A DNA stretch of 27,313 nt from Campylobacterota bacterium (lineage in GTDB: Bacteria > Campylobacterota > Campylobacteria > Campylobacterales > Arcobacteraceae). Under the pieces are notes generated by a model. The model was not told the DNA's origin. It ran no database searches and saw only the letters and a program-made list of their open reading frames with translations. Location of the stretch: the NCBI GenBank assembly GCA_051746405.1, contig JBNJFB010000032.1, positions 1 to 27,313 of the forward strand, written 5' to 3'. Both the position numbers and the translations under genes were made by a program. This document shows positions 17,598-27,311 of the stretch, in pieces; positions within the stretch are counted from its first letter, which is position 1, and each line of letters starts with the position of its first letter.

Positions 17598-18774
17598 GCT
17601 AACACTAGAAGAAATTTTACAAAGTGATCCTTTAGAAGTTTTAAAAGATATAAAACCAAAAGCTAAAGTGTCTAGTGATGAGCAAAGGCTTATAGATGGA
17701 TTTGAATCTATAAATAAATTTTATGAAGTAAATGGATTTGAACCCAAAAAAAACACAAATATTAGTCAAAGACAATTAGCATCAAAACTAGAGGGATATA
17801 GAAGAGACAATGAAAAGATAAAACTGCTTAAACCTCATGATAAATTTAATTTACTTCAAGAAAAAAAGCAAATAAAAGCTTCATCACTTGATGATATTTT
17901 AGACAATGACATTTTAGGTGTCTTAGATGAAAGTGAAAATGATATATTTACACTAAAGCATATCCCAAAAGAAAAAGAAACAACTATGCCTGAGTATGTA
18001 GCTAAAAGGAAACCTTGTAAGGATTTTGCAAAATATGAAAATATCTTAAAAACTTGTCAAGAAGATTTAAAAATAGGAAAAAGAAAAATAGTCAAATTTC
18101 AAAACGAACAACAAATAAGAGAGGGATATTTTTTTATTTTAAAAGGGGTATTGCTTTATGTTGCAAAAGTTGGTAAAACTATAAAACAAAGTGGCAAAAC
18201 AAATGCAAGACTTAAACTAATATTTGAAAATGGTACGGAATCTGATATGTTACTGCGTTCATTATCTGCTGAACTTTATAAGCATGGAAAAAGAGTAACT
18301 GAATATGATGAAAGTAAAATGGATGGACTTTACAACAAAATAGATAAAGATGATATACCCACTGGGTACATCTATATACTTAAATCGTTAAGTCAAGATG
18401 AAAGGATATCAACCATAAAAGACCTTTATAAAATAGGATATAGCACTACTAGCGTTGAAAAAAGAATAAAAAACGCAAAAAACGAAGCCACTTATCTAAT
18501 GGCAGATGTAGAGATAGTAGCTGTTTATGAGACATATAATCTAAATACACAAAAATTTGAAAACCTTGTTCATAGATTTTTTTCTAAAGTGAGACTTGAT
18601 TTAAAAATAAATGATAGCAAAAAAGATTTAATTTCTGCAAATGAGTGGTTTGTAGTACCCTTTAATGTTATAAATGAAGCAATTGAACTTTTAGAAAGTG
18701 GAGAAATTTTAGACTATATTTATGACAAGAAAAATGAAAGAATAATAAAAAATGATACAAATAGATATAACTAA
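17590..18774 (+). CDS. GIY-YIG (T5orf172-like) nuclease, YeeC-like
   Basis: IFENGTESDMLLRSL, GYIYILKS...LYKIGYS...VEKRI, FENLVHRFF and NEWF. It overlaps the helicase gene. Confidence 0.87.
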   Translation: MDRLTLEEILQSDPLEVLKDIKPKAKVSSDEQRLIDGFESINKFYEVNGFEPKKNTNISQRQLASKLEGYRRDNEKIKLLKPHDKFNLLQEKKQIKASSLDDILDNDILGVLDESENDIFTLKHIPKEKETTMPEYVAKRKPCKDFAKYENILKTCQEDLKIGKRKIVKFQNEQQIREGYFFILKGVLLYVAKVGKTIKQSGKTNARLKLIFENGTESDMLLRSLSAELYKHGKRVTEYDESKMDGLYNKIDKDDIPTGYIYILKSLSQDERISTIKDLYKIGYSTTSVEKRIKNAKNEATYLMADVEIVAVYETYNLNTQKFENLVHRFFSKVRLDLKINDSKKDLISANEWFVVPFNVINEAIELLESGEILDYIYDKKNERIIKNDTNRYN

Positions 18775-19603
18775 AAAACTTCACGGTAGTAATGGGCAAA
18801 TGGATTTAAAAGTTGATTTACAAATCAATCAAGGGGATTTTGTTGCACTTGCAGGTCAAAGTGGAAGTGGTAAAACTACACTTCTTAGAATCCTAGCAGG
18901 GCTTGAAGAGACAGCTGGTATTATAAAAGTAGGTGATGAGGTATGGCAAGATGAAAATAGTTATTTAAAACCTCAAAAAAGAAAAATAGGTTTTGTATTT
19001 CAAGATTATGCACTGTTTGCTAATATGAGCGTAGAGGATAATCTACTTTATGTACAAAAAGATCAAAAACTTTGTGAGTATTTACTTGAGATTACAGGCT
19101 TAAATAAGCTTAAAAATCGTCTTCCAAATACTCTAAGTGGTGGACAAAAACAGCGTGTAAGTCTATGCCGTGCTATGATGAATAGACCAAAACTACTACT
19201 TATGGATGAGCCCCTTTCAGCCCTTGACCCAAGTCTTAGAACAAAACTACAAAATGAGATTTTGATGTTGCACAAAGAGTTTGGTACCACTACAATAATG
19301 GTAAGCCATGATCCAAGTGAAATATATAGGCTTTCTAATAGAGTAGTTGTATTGCATTTAGGCTTAATTACACAAGATGGGAGTGCAAAAGATGTACTTT
19401 TACAAACAAGTGGTTCTCAAAAATTCTCTTTTGAGGGAGAGCTTTTAGATATAGTAAAGGTAGATGTTATTTATGTAGCAATTGTATCAATAGGTCAGCA
19501 AATAGTTGAAATAGTAGTAAGCCAATCGGAAAAAGAAAATCTAAAAATAGGTCAAGTTGTACGAGTGGGAACTAAAGCCTTTAGTCCTATTATAAGAGCT
19601 TAG
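18752..19603 (+). CDS. modC: Molybdate ABC transporter ATP-binding protein with a C-terminal TOBE-like domain
   Basis: GQSGSGKT, FVFQDYALF, LSGGQKQR, LMDEP and VSHD. It completes the modAB set. Confidence 0.9.
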   Translation: MIQIDITKKLHGSNGQMDLKVDLQINQGDFVALAGQSGSGKTTLLRILAGLEETAGIIKVGDEVWQDENSYLKPQKRKIGFVFQDYALFANMSVEDNLLYVQKDQKLCEYLLEITGLNKLKNRLPNTLSGGQKQRVSLCRAMMNRPKLLLMDEPLSALDPSLRTKLQNEILMLHKEFGTTTIMVSHDPSEIYRLSNRVVVLHLGLITQDGSAKDVLLQTSGSQKFSFEGELLDIVKVDVIYVAIVSIGQQIVEIVVSQSEKENLKIGQVVRVGTKAFSPIIRA

Positions 19604-19617
19604 TTTAAAGCTACTTT

Positions 19618-20916
19618 TTAATCAAATATTTCAAATTTTGAGGTGTTGTTAAGTACTAGTTTAGCGACACATCCAGTTTTGCCATCTTTTCTATTTTTTA
19701 GGCTTATTTTGGCTCTTAATGCATCAGCTGCATTTTTTGCTAAAAATAGTCCAAGTCCTGCACCGCTTTCATTTCCAAATCTTTTAAATGGTGCAAATAG
19801 ATTTATATTTTCATCAATCCCTAAGCCCTCATCAACTACAGTTATTACAACTCTTTTTTTAGTTTTTTTAAGTCTTATTGCTATTGATTTATCAGGGGGA
19901 GTAAACTTTATAGCATTTTGAACAAAATTTTGAAGTATTTGGTTTAGTAGGGTTACTTGTATTGATGTTTTGTAGTAGTTTACATTTGAAAAAAATGTAA
20001 TTATAATATTTTTTTGAGCACTTAGCATTCTGTAGTCATTTGATTTCTTTTTCATATATTCAACTAAGTCTAACTCCTCTGTTTGTTCAAACTGAGCACC
20101 CTCGGCTCTTCCTATATCTAGTATTGAAGATATCATTTTATTCATTTCATCTATTTGTTTAACTGATAGTTTTAAGGTCTCTTCATAATCTTGGGGATTT
20201 CTTTTTTTTCTAAGGGTTACTTCATTTTTTAGTTTCATAACAGCAAGTGGTGTTTTAAGCTCATGGGCTGCACCTATAAATAGCTCTTTTTTAAACTTTA
20301 CATTAGTCTCTATCCTATTTGTTAGGGAGTTTATAGAATCAGATAGTGAGTGAAACTCTATTGGTAAATCTTTTTTATCAATTTGAGTTAGTGAGTTTTC
20401 ATCCATATTTGATAGTTTATTGTTGATTTGTAAAATAGGCTTAAGTAGTGATTTTGAAACTACTAATGAGTAAATAAGCATAAGTAAAAAACCAGGTATT
20501 GCTAAAATAAAAAGATTTCTAAATATAATAGAGTATAGAATCTCTCTTTCATAGTTTATATTTCTAGTTATTTGTATAAATTTTCTATTTTTTAAATCAA
20601 AAGGGTATAGCAACTTTATATAGTAGTTTTCATTATTGCTATATGTGAAAAATTTGTAGTTTTTAAGTTTTGGATTATTTACTAAGTCTATTGATATTTC
20701 ATCATTTTGAAAAAGTTTAAATGCTTCAAAATCTATATTATTATCATGGGATAATTTGAATATCTTTTGTGCATCTTTAAGCATGTTTTTTTTGATGTTT
20801 TCATAGGTGGTACTTTTAGAGTACTCATAAAAAATAGAAGATAGAGCTATAATAAAAAGCGAAGTAGCTATAATAAGTTTGGTATAAAACTGTTTATAAA
20901 TACTTCTTGCTTCCAT
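19618..20916 (-). CDS. Membrane sensor histidine kinase, putative partner of HsrA
   Basis: Two transmembrane segments, HAMP, H-box AAHELKTPL, N-box NFVQNAIKF, DEGLG and GAGLGL. Confidence 0.93.
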   Translation of the reverse strand: MEARSIYKQFYTKLIIATSLFIIALSSIFYEYSKSTTYENIKKNMLKDAQKIFKLSHDNNIDFEAFKLFQNDEISIDLVNNPKLKNYKFFTYSNNENYYIKLLYPFDLKNRKFIQITRNINYEREILYSIIFRNLFILAIPGFLLMLIYSLVVSKSLLKPILQINNKLSNMDENSLTQIDKKDLPIEFHSLSDSINSLTNRIETNVKFKKELFIGAAHELKTPLAVMKLKNEVTLRKKRNPQDYEETLKLSVKQIDEMNKMISSILDIGRAEGAQFEQTEELDLVEYMKKKSNDYRMLSAQKNIIITFFSNVNYYKTSIQVTLLNQILQNFVQNAIKFTPPDKSIAIRLKKTKKRVVITVVDEGLGIDENINLFAPFKRFGNESGAGLGLFLAKNAADALRAKISLKNRKDGKTGCVAKLVLNNTSKFEIFD

Positions 20917-20942
20917 TAAACTCTACTTAAGTTTTAGTGTTA

Positions 20943-21632
20943 TTATGCTATCTCATCTGCTGGTGTAGCTTCAGGATAACAAAATCTATAACCTCTTCTT
21001 CTAATAGTTTCAATAGTTGAGATATTTAATGGCTTATCCATTTTTTGTCTAATTTGATTTATAGCAACTTCAATTACATTTGGGGTTACAAGCTCAGGCT
21101 CTTCCCAAATAGCATCTAGTAATTGCTCTTTTGATACAATTTGATCTCTATGTCTAGCTAAGTGAGTTAGTACTTCAAAAGGTTTACCTTTTAGTTCTAT
21201 CTCTTCACCTTGGTATTCAATCTTCTCTTCATCTGGATTTATTGCTAATCCTTCGATTTCGATTATGTTTGTACCACCAAATCTAAGTCTTGCTTCAATT
21301 CTAGCTAACAAGATATCAAAATCAAAAGGTTTTTTAATAAAATCATCAGCACCTGACTTTAAAGCTTCAATTTCTGATTCTTTGTCATCTCTTGCAGATA
21401 TTATTACAACAGCAGTTCTTGAACTTCTTGTTTTTACAATTTTACATAACTCAATACCATCCCCATCAGGTAGCATCCAGTCTGTTAAAACTAAATCATA
21501 ATTTCTAATATCTATAAAATATTCTGCATCTTTGTAATTTTCAGCTGCATCAACCTGATAACCAAAATCAGTTAATCCTTCTTGTAAAGTTCTGTTTAAA
21601 GTTATTTCATCTTCAATAATTAATATTCTCAT
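20943..21632 (-). CDS. hsrA: OmpR-family homeostatic response regulator HsrA (HP1043/CosR orthologue)
   Basis: YFIDIRNYDLVL, KGKPFEVLTHLARHRDQIVSKEQLLDAIWEEPELVTPNVIEVAINQIRQKMDKPL and TIETIRRRGYRFC are characteristic of this family. Confidence 0.9.
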   Translation of the reverse strand: MRILIIEDEITLNRTLQEGLTDFGYQVDAAENYKDAEYFIDIRNYDLVLTDWMLPDGDGIELCKIVKTRSSRTAVVIISARDDKESEIEALKSGADDFIKKPFDFDILLARIEARLRFGGTNIIEIEGLAINPDEEKIEYQGEEIELKGKPFEVLTHLARHRDQIVSKEQLLDAIWEEPELVTPNVIEVAINQIRQKMDKPLNISTIETIRRRGYRFCYPEATPADEIA

Positions 21633-21648
21633 AAAGTTTTTCCTTAAA

Positions 21649-21715
21649 TTTAAGTTAAGTTTAAATTTGAGCCGAATTGTACCATATTTTTTTTTAAATT
21701 TAAAGGCTTTTTAAG
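21649..21715 (-). promoter_or_regulatory. Putative hsrA promoter: extended -10 flanked by two candidate HsrA direct-repeat sites
   Basis: TGGTACAAT on the minus strand at 21676-21684. TTTAAG-N5-TTTAAA at 21649-21665 and TTTAAA-N5-TTTAAG at 21699-21715 on the plus strand. Confidence 0.5.
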
Positions 21716-21832
21716 GAAAATTTCAAAATTTTTAAAGAATTCGCTATTTTTTAGTCATTTATTTTGACATTAATTTTTGATTAATCAAGAAAAGTTAAAA
21801 TATATGAAATTTTTAAAACAAAAAGGAAAAAT

Positions 21833-22639
21833 ATGAAAAAAGTAATTACAAGTGTCGTAGCAACACTTATGTTAAGTACAACACTATCTGCAGCTGATTA
21901 TTACGCTAAAGTAAATGGTGATGAGATTACAAAGCAAGAGGTTGAGCAAATTATAAAAAACCCAAGGGTACAGTTTGAGACTCTACCAAAAGATACACAA
22001 ACTAAAATATTAGACCAAATTATAAACAAAAAACTTTTAGCTCAAGAAGCTATTAAAAATGGGATTACAAAAGATGAGTCTTATAAAGAGGCTTTAGAAA
22101 CTATAAAAGAGGACTTAGCATTTCAAGTGTGGCAACAAAAAGAGTTAAAATCTATTGATATTACTGATAGTCAGTTAAAAGATTTTTATGAAAAAAACAG
22201 ATCAAAATTTAAAATGCCTGCTAAATTAAATGCTAGACATATTTTAGTAAAAACACAAGATGAAGCGGAAGCTATAATCAAAGAGTTAAATAGTGCTTCA
22301 AAAAAAGAGCAAAAGTTTATTGAGTTAGCAAAGGCTAAATCAGTTGGGCCAAGTGGTAAAAAAGGTGGAAATTTAGGTGAATTTCAATCTGACCAAATGG
22401 TACCAGAGTTTGCAAATGCAGCACAAGATTTAGATAAAAAATCATACTCTAAAAAACCTGTTAAAACACAGTTTGGTTATCATGTGATTTATTTAAATGA
22501 TAAAAAACCAGCTAAATCATTATCTTTTAATGAAGTAAAAGATAAAATATCTCAAATGCTTATGAGTGAAATGTATAATCAAAAAGTTGAAAAAATTGCT
22601 GGTAAGTTAAGAGAAGAAGCGAATATCGTTATAAAATAA
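21833..22639 (+). CDS. PEB4/Cbf2-like parvulin-type peptidyl-prolyl isomerase chaperone
   Basis: Signal peptide, ARHILVK, GGNLG, MVPEFA and PVKTQFGYHVI. Adjacent to fbaA as in Campylobacter and Helicobacter. Confidence 0.9.
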   Translation: MKKVITSVVATLMLSTTLSAADYYAKVNGDEITKQEVEQIIKNPRVQFETLPKDTQTKILDQIINKKLLAQEAIKNGITKDESYKEALETIKEDLAFQVWQQKELKSIDITDSQLKDFYEKNRSKFKMPAKLNARHILVKTQDEAEAIIKELNSASKKEQKFIELAKAKSVGPSGKKGGNLGEFQSDQMVPEFANAAQDLDKKSYSKKPVKTQFGYHVIYLNDKKPAKSLSFNEVKDKISQMLMSEMYNQKVEKIAGKLREEANIVIK

Positions 22640-22663
22640 TCATATAAACATAAGGAGATAAAC

Positions 22664-23731
22664 TTGGGTGTATTAGATGTTGTAAAGCCAGGTGTTTTAA
22701 CAGGAAGTGAAGCTAAAAAGTTGTTTAAGTATGCAAAAGAGAATAGCTTTGCTATTCCTGCTGTTAATGTAGTAAGTACTGATTCTGCAAATGCAGTTTT
22801 AGAAACTGCATCAAAGGTTAAATCACCTGTAATAATTCAGTTCTCAAATGGCGGAGCAAGCTATTTTGCAGGAAAAGGTTTGAAAACCAGTGATGCAGCT
22901 ATATTAGGTGGAATAAGTGGTGCTATGCATATTCATACAATGGCAAAAGCTTATAATGTTCCTGTTGTATTGCATACAGACCATGCAGCAAAAAAGTTAT
23001 TGCCTTGGATTGATGGATTAATAAGTGCAGGTAAACAACATTATAAGAATACTGGAAGACCTTTGTACACATCTCATATGCTTGATTTAAGTGAAGAGCC
23101 ACTAGAAGAGAATATCTCAACTTGCGTTGATTACTTCAAGGTTATGAATGAGCTTGATATGATGATAGAGATTGAGCTTGGAATAACAGGTGGAGAAGAA
23201 GATGGCGTTGATAATACAGATGTTGATAATGCATTATTGTACACTCAGCCTGAAGAGGTTTGTTATGCTTATGAAAAGTTAGGTGAAGTTAGTGAAAACT
23301 TCACTATAGCAGCTTCATTTGGTAATGTTCATGGGGTTTACAAACCAGGTAATGTAGTACTAAGACCTGACATATTAGATAACTCACAAAAATATATACA
23401 AGAAAAACATAATACTTCTAATAAGCCTGTTGATTTTGTTTTCCATGGTGGTTCTGGCTCTGCTTTAGAAGATATCAAAAACTCAATTGAGTATGGAGTT
23501 ATTAAAATGAATATTGACACCGACACTCAATGGGCATTTTGGAATGGGGTTAGAAAATATGAAGCCAATAAAAAAGAGTATTTACAAACTCAAATAGGTA
23601 ATCCAGATGGGGAAGATAAGCCTAATAAATCTTATTATGACCCTAGAAAATGGCTAAGAGCAGCCCAAGAATCTATGATTGAAAGATTAGAGTCTGCATT
23701 TAAAGATTTAAACGCACTTGAAAAAAATTAG
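22664..23731 (+). CDS. fbaA: Class II fructose-bisphosphate aldolase
   Basis: FAIPAVNV, LHTDH, SHMLDLSEE, GGEEDGV, FGNVHGVYKPG and FVFHGGSG. TTG start with SD AAGGAG. Confidence 0.97.
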   Translation: MGVLDVVKPGVLTGSEAKKLFKYAKENSFAIPAVNVVSTDSANAVLETASKVKSPVIIQFSNGGASYFAGKGLKTSDAAILGGISGAMHIHTMAKAYNVPVVLHTDHAAKKLLPWIDGLISAGKQHYKNTGRPLYTSHMLDLSEEPLEENISTCVDYFKVMNELDMMIEIELGITGGEEDGVDNTDVDNALLYTQPEEVCYAYEKLGEVSENFTIAASFGNVHGVYKPGNVVLRPDILDNSQKYIQEKHNTSNKPVDFVFHGGSGSALEDIKNSIEYGVIKMNIDTDTQWAFWNGVRKYEANKKEYLQTQIGNPDGEDKPNKSYYDPRKWLRAAQESMIERLESAFKDLNALEKN

Positions 23732-23749
23732 TTTTTATAGATATATTTA

Positions 23750-23785
23750 AAAAATAAAATGGGAATTTAATCCCATTTTATTTTT
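23750..23785. terminator. Bidirectional intrinsic terminator between convergent genes
   Basis: Perfect 15-bp inverted repeat AAAAATAAAATGGGA-ATTTAA-TCCCATTTTATTTTT. Confidence 0.8.
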
Positions 23786-24476
23786 GTTTTTTTACTCTTG
23801 TTTTAGAGACTCTTCTTGAATTGATTTTAAAACTATATTGTAAATATTTTTTAGTTATAAACTCTGAATTATTATACATACTATCTAGTAAAGTTTTTAT
23901 TCTCCAAAAACTCACATCCTCTTTATTTGCTACAGTTTTTTTTAATTCTATATTGTTTTTATTATATATTTCAATAACTTTTTCTATTGGAAAATCTTGA
24001 AAGAAAGGATAGGCGTACAAAGACTTTCCATGCTCTTTTTTATAGTAGTATAGTAAGCTAAAAGCAAATAACTCAGGAATCCATAAAGACCCAGCTTGAA
24101 GCTTTGTAGAAAAAAGGTTTATAAGATATTTGTAATAAGCTCTAGTTGGCTCTAAACTTGAGGCAAGTTTACTCATAAAAGCAGATTTTTTAGAGTTTGT
24201 AAATATACTATTTAAAGTATCAACAGTAATTATGTTTTTTTCTAAATATCTTAGGAGAGAAGCGATATTATACTCTACAAACTCTAAGTCATCTTGTTTT
24301 ATATTGATAATACTTTCTGAATTGTTTGCATTTTTTGTTTTTAGACTATTATAATCTTTTAATAAATAGTGTATTATCATCAAAAATGTATCCTCTTTTA
24401 CTCTTTTAAGATTTATTGTTTCACACTTTTGGAGTGCAAGATTAAACTGACTATTATTATTCATAACCTTCCTCAA
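23778..24476 (-). CDS. Hypothetical protein
   Basis: 232-aa ORF that fills the interval. No motif recognised; basic C-terminal tail. Confidence 0.7.
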   Translation of the reverse strand: MRKVMNNNSQFNLALQKCETINLKRVKEDTFLMIIHYLLKDYNSLKTKNANNSESIINIKQDDLEFVEYNIASLLRYLEKNIITVDTLNSIFTNSKKSAFMSKLASSLEPTRAYYKYLINLFSTKLQAGSLWIPELFAFSLLYYYKKEHGKSLYAYPFFQDFPIEKVIEIYNKNNIELKKTVANKEDVSFWRIKTLLDSMYNNSEFITKKYLQYSFKINSRRVSKTRVKKQK

Positions 24477-24601
24477 TATCTAAATATAATTTTAAATTCG
24501 AATGTATTTTAGTTAATTTAAAAAAAAAATTCTTCTTTTTTTGTGCTTAGAAAATTGTTTTATTGTGCTAATTTTATAGTTTAAAAATGCTACAATAAAG
24601 T

Positions 24602-25477
24602 ATGAAAAGAGAAACCCTACAAAAAAGAACAAAAATAGCAAATAATATTATGTTTTATATCTATACTCATATTGATACAACTATTGATATTGAAGAGTTA
24701 AGTATAGATTTAAATGTGAGTAAATTTCATATGCACAGAATCTTTAAAGAGACTTTTGGAAGAAACATCTATGAAAGCATCAAGCTTATTAGACTTCAAA
24801 AAGCATCAAATCTTATTTTAACAAATAAATACTCAACAATATCAAATATAGCAAATTTATGTGGCTACTCATCCCAATCATCTTTTATAAAAAGCTTTAA
24901 AAAAAGATTTGATATGACACCAAAACAGTGGAAAAATGGAGGATATAAAGAGTATTCAAATAAGATTTTACAACAATCCACAAGAGCTATGCAGTCAAAA
25001 GCAAGCTTTAGTATGAAGTCTCCACAAATAGTAAAAATGCCAGCTATGAAAGGCTATTATATTAGAAATAGGGGATATAATGAAAATATAAAACAGACCT
25101 GGCAAAAGCTACAAGTATGGACTTTATCAAATAATATCCAAAACTATAAACAAATAGCACTTTTTCATGATAATCCTACTATTACACCACTAAATGATTG
25201 CCAATATATCGCATCTATAGTTCCCAATGAAGATATTGAGATAGAAAATAATAGGTTGCCAGATTTTTATATAGCAAGTGGAATTTATGCTAAATTTGAT
25301 TTAAAGGGTAAGCAAGGTGATGTTTTGAAGTTTATTCACTGGGTTTATCATGAATGGCTTTTAAAATCAGAGTTTGAAACGACTACAAAACCATCATATG
25401 CCCACTATAAAAGGAATAATTTTCTAAATGAAGATAATGAGTTTGAGATTAGTTTTTATGTCTCTATAAAGTTTTAA
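24602..25477 (+). CDS. AraC-family regulator with a C-terminal GyrI-like effector domain
   Basis: SKFHMHRIFK and IANLCGYSSQSSFIKSFKKRFDMTP (AraC). HDNPTITP...GIYAKF...YHEWL (GyrI-like). Confidence 0.92.
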   Translation: MKRETLQKRTKIANNIMFYIYTHIDTTIDIEELSIDLNVSKFHMHRIFKETFGRNIYESIKLIRLQKASNLILTNKYSTISNIANLCGYSSQSSFIKSFKKRFDMTPKQWKNGGYKEYSNKILQQSTRAMQSKASFSMKSPQIVKMPAMKGYYIRNRGYNENIKQTWQKLQVWTLSNNIQNYKQIALFHDNPTITPLNDCQYIASIVPNEDIEIENNRLPDFYIASGIYAKFDLKGKQGDVLKFIHWVYHEWLLKSEFETTTKPSYAHYKRNNFLNEDNEFEISFYVSIKF

Positions 25478-25625
25478 CACCCCAAAAAATTCCATAAGAT
25501 TTAGATAAAAAGTCGATGATAACTAAAATAGTTAAAAATGTAAATTTGCGACAATCAAAATTGTGTATTTAAAAGTAAAATTATGCTATCTTCAGAATAG
25601 GATTTTTTTAAATGGATTCGATTAG

Positions 25626-26429
25626 ATGAATAAAATAAAAGATAATGAAAATTCTTCACTATGGACACCAAATATTAAAAACTGGCTTGAAAAAAGAGAG
25701 TATAAAAAAATCTTTTACAACAAAGGGGATTTGTTTTTTTTATACGGTGATGAAAAGTACAGTTTTTCTGATGTCATGTTTTTCAATGCGTTTTTTGAGT
25801 ATATCACAAGCTATCTTGTTAAAGAAGATGAAGGTGTTTATCTCTACATACAGACAAAACAAAGGGTGATAACCTGCTATAAGAGCAGAATGAATGATAA
25901 AGATTACACCGATGCTTCCGAATTAGCTGAAGCACTAAGTTCTTTTAGAAATAAAAAGTTGAGGCAAAAGTACCAAAACAATAAAAAAATAAAACTCTCC
26001 TGCACAGATGATAATAGGTGCCAAATAGAGCTAATACCGGGAAATACAATGCATTTAATCGATGCAAAAAATGAGCAAAATTTCCAGATATTGGCAATAA
26101 AAGAAAAGCAGGATGTTGTTGCATTTGCTACAAACGGTGGGGAGTTTCAGTTTGCTTATGAGTATATAAGTGATTATTTCTACTTAGCACAAACAAAAGA
26201 GTATCAAAAGCTTACAAAAAAATATAATACAAAAATGTTTTGGTTGCACACTATAAAAGTAGTAGTGCTTTATGGCATACTACTCTCTCAAATACTTAAT
26301 CTCTATACCCCTGATAATGACATAGTAGAAGTTGCACTTGTCTTACTTTCGTTGTGGGGGATTTTTCTTTTTTATTCCCATGTTGTATCCTATATTTTAG
26401 CACCAATTGCAAGGTATTTTTATGATTAA
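25626..26429 (+). CDS. Hypothetical protein with two C-terminal transmembrane helices
   Basis: 267-aa ORF with two hydrophobic segments near the C-terminus. Confidence 0.7.
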   Translation: MNKIKDNENSSLWTPNIKNWLEKREYKKIFYNKGDLFFLYGDEKYSFSDVMFFNAFFEYITSYLVKEDEGVYLYIQTKQRVITCYKSRMNDKDYTDASELAEALSSFRNKKLRQKYQNNKKIKLSCTDDNRCQIELIPGNTMHLIDAKNEQNFQILAIKEKQDVVAFATNGGEFQFAYEYISDYFYLAQTKEYQKLTKKYNTKMFWLHTIKVVVLYGILLSQILNLYTPDNDIVEVALVLLSLWGIFLFYSHVVSYILAPIARYFYD

Positions 26430-26519
26430 ACAAACAGATTTACCTTTTAAATTCTCTTTAGTTTTTATTTGCTACACTCATTATAAGTACATAACTTTGG
26501 TTAGGAGTAAGGATGCGAA

Positions 26520-26816
26520 TTGTCTTTTAAATCATTTATACTGAAGTATCTTTTTTTAATGACAATTATTGCAGTTGTTTGTGCTATTTTCGGTTTTATG
26601 GTTAGTCCTGATGAGATATCTATAAATCAAATGAGTGCTTTGTTTTTAATTTTTATAGGTGTAACTGGTTATATTGCCGATGATTACAGGGAGGGAGAGT
26701 ATTATAAAAACCTAGGTATGATGTATACGATGTTTATTATAATGGTGTTGATATATCTTATTGTAAATCTTTCACTTTTTGTACTAAATAGGATTTTTTT
26801 TCAGTTTTCACATTAA
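26520..26816 (+). CDS. Small hypothetical membrane protein (about 3 TM); start uncertain
   Basis: 98-aa hydrophobic ORF with a TTG start. Confidence 0.55.
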   Translation: MSFKSFILKYLFLMTIIAVVCAIFGFMVSPDEISINQMSALFLIFIGVTGYIADDYREGEYYKNLGMMYTMFIIMVLIYLIVNLSLFVLNRIFFQFSH

Positions 26817-26831
26817 TGTCTCTTAGTTTGA

Positions 26832-27311
26832 CTAATCCCTATCAACCCATATCCATGTGTAGCTATCATCAAGCTTATCGGGATCGTTATATCTTTTTTG
26901 GTATTTTTCTTTAGATATATTATCAAATGAAAAAGCCGATTTTTTGATGCTGATGTATTTTTGCCCGCCATGGGATGTGTTAAAGACTCCCGATGGCTTC
27001 ATATCCACCCACTCCCCGTCTTCAAACGATGCGCGCGTAAAGGCAAGTTTTATATCATTTTTTGCAAAGCCCTCATACACTGAGACCGTTCCCGTACCAA
27101 GCACAAACAAAAACTTACCGTTTGGACTCAGCATCGCTTGTTGTACATAGCCGTAGGGATAGTGGACCTTTGTATGAAGCTTTTGCTTTTGCATATCGTA
27201 TACAACTACATCTTCGTTATCAGGATAGATCAGATAGCGGCTGTTTGGTCCTATATGAATACGCTCACTCCAAGCCGGTGTTGTTTTGAGGCAACCGGTG
27301 CGCTTTTTGGT
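26832..27311 (-). CDS. C-terminal part of a WD40-like beta-propeller protein (starts beyond the window)
   Basis: The frame stays open from the ORF-track ATG to the window end. Blade-like repeats IGPNSRYLIY...VVVYD and LSPNGKFLFV...VSVYE, then FEDGEWV..KPSGVFNTS.GG.KYI. Confidence 0.65.
   Translation of the reverse strand, partial: TKKRTGCLKTTPAWSERIHIGPNSRYLIYPDNEDVVVYDMQKQKLHTKVHYPYGYVQQAMLSPNGKFLFVLGTGTVSVYEGFAKNDIKLAFTRASFEDGEWVDMKPSGVFNTSHGGQKYISIKKSAFSFDNISKEKYQKRYNDPDKLDDSYTWIWVDRD

Larger units (their letters stand above)
9988..18751. mobile_element. Defence/accessory island inserted between modB and modC (no integrase or transposase seen)
   Basis: Toxin-antitoxin, DUF262/DUF1524, RhuM, DUF1016, Fic, helicase and GIY-YIG genes interrupt the modAB-modC operon. 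Internal gene fragments and a duplication are present. Boundaries are approximate. Confidence 0.7.

Noticed and set aside
21777..21788. TTGAT-TA-ATCAA palindrome as an FNR/CRP-family site
   Set aside because: The half-site spacing is 2 rather than the canonical 4, and there is no other support.
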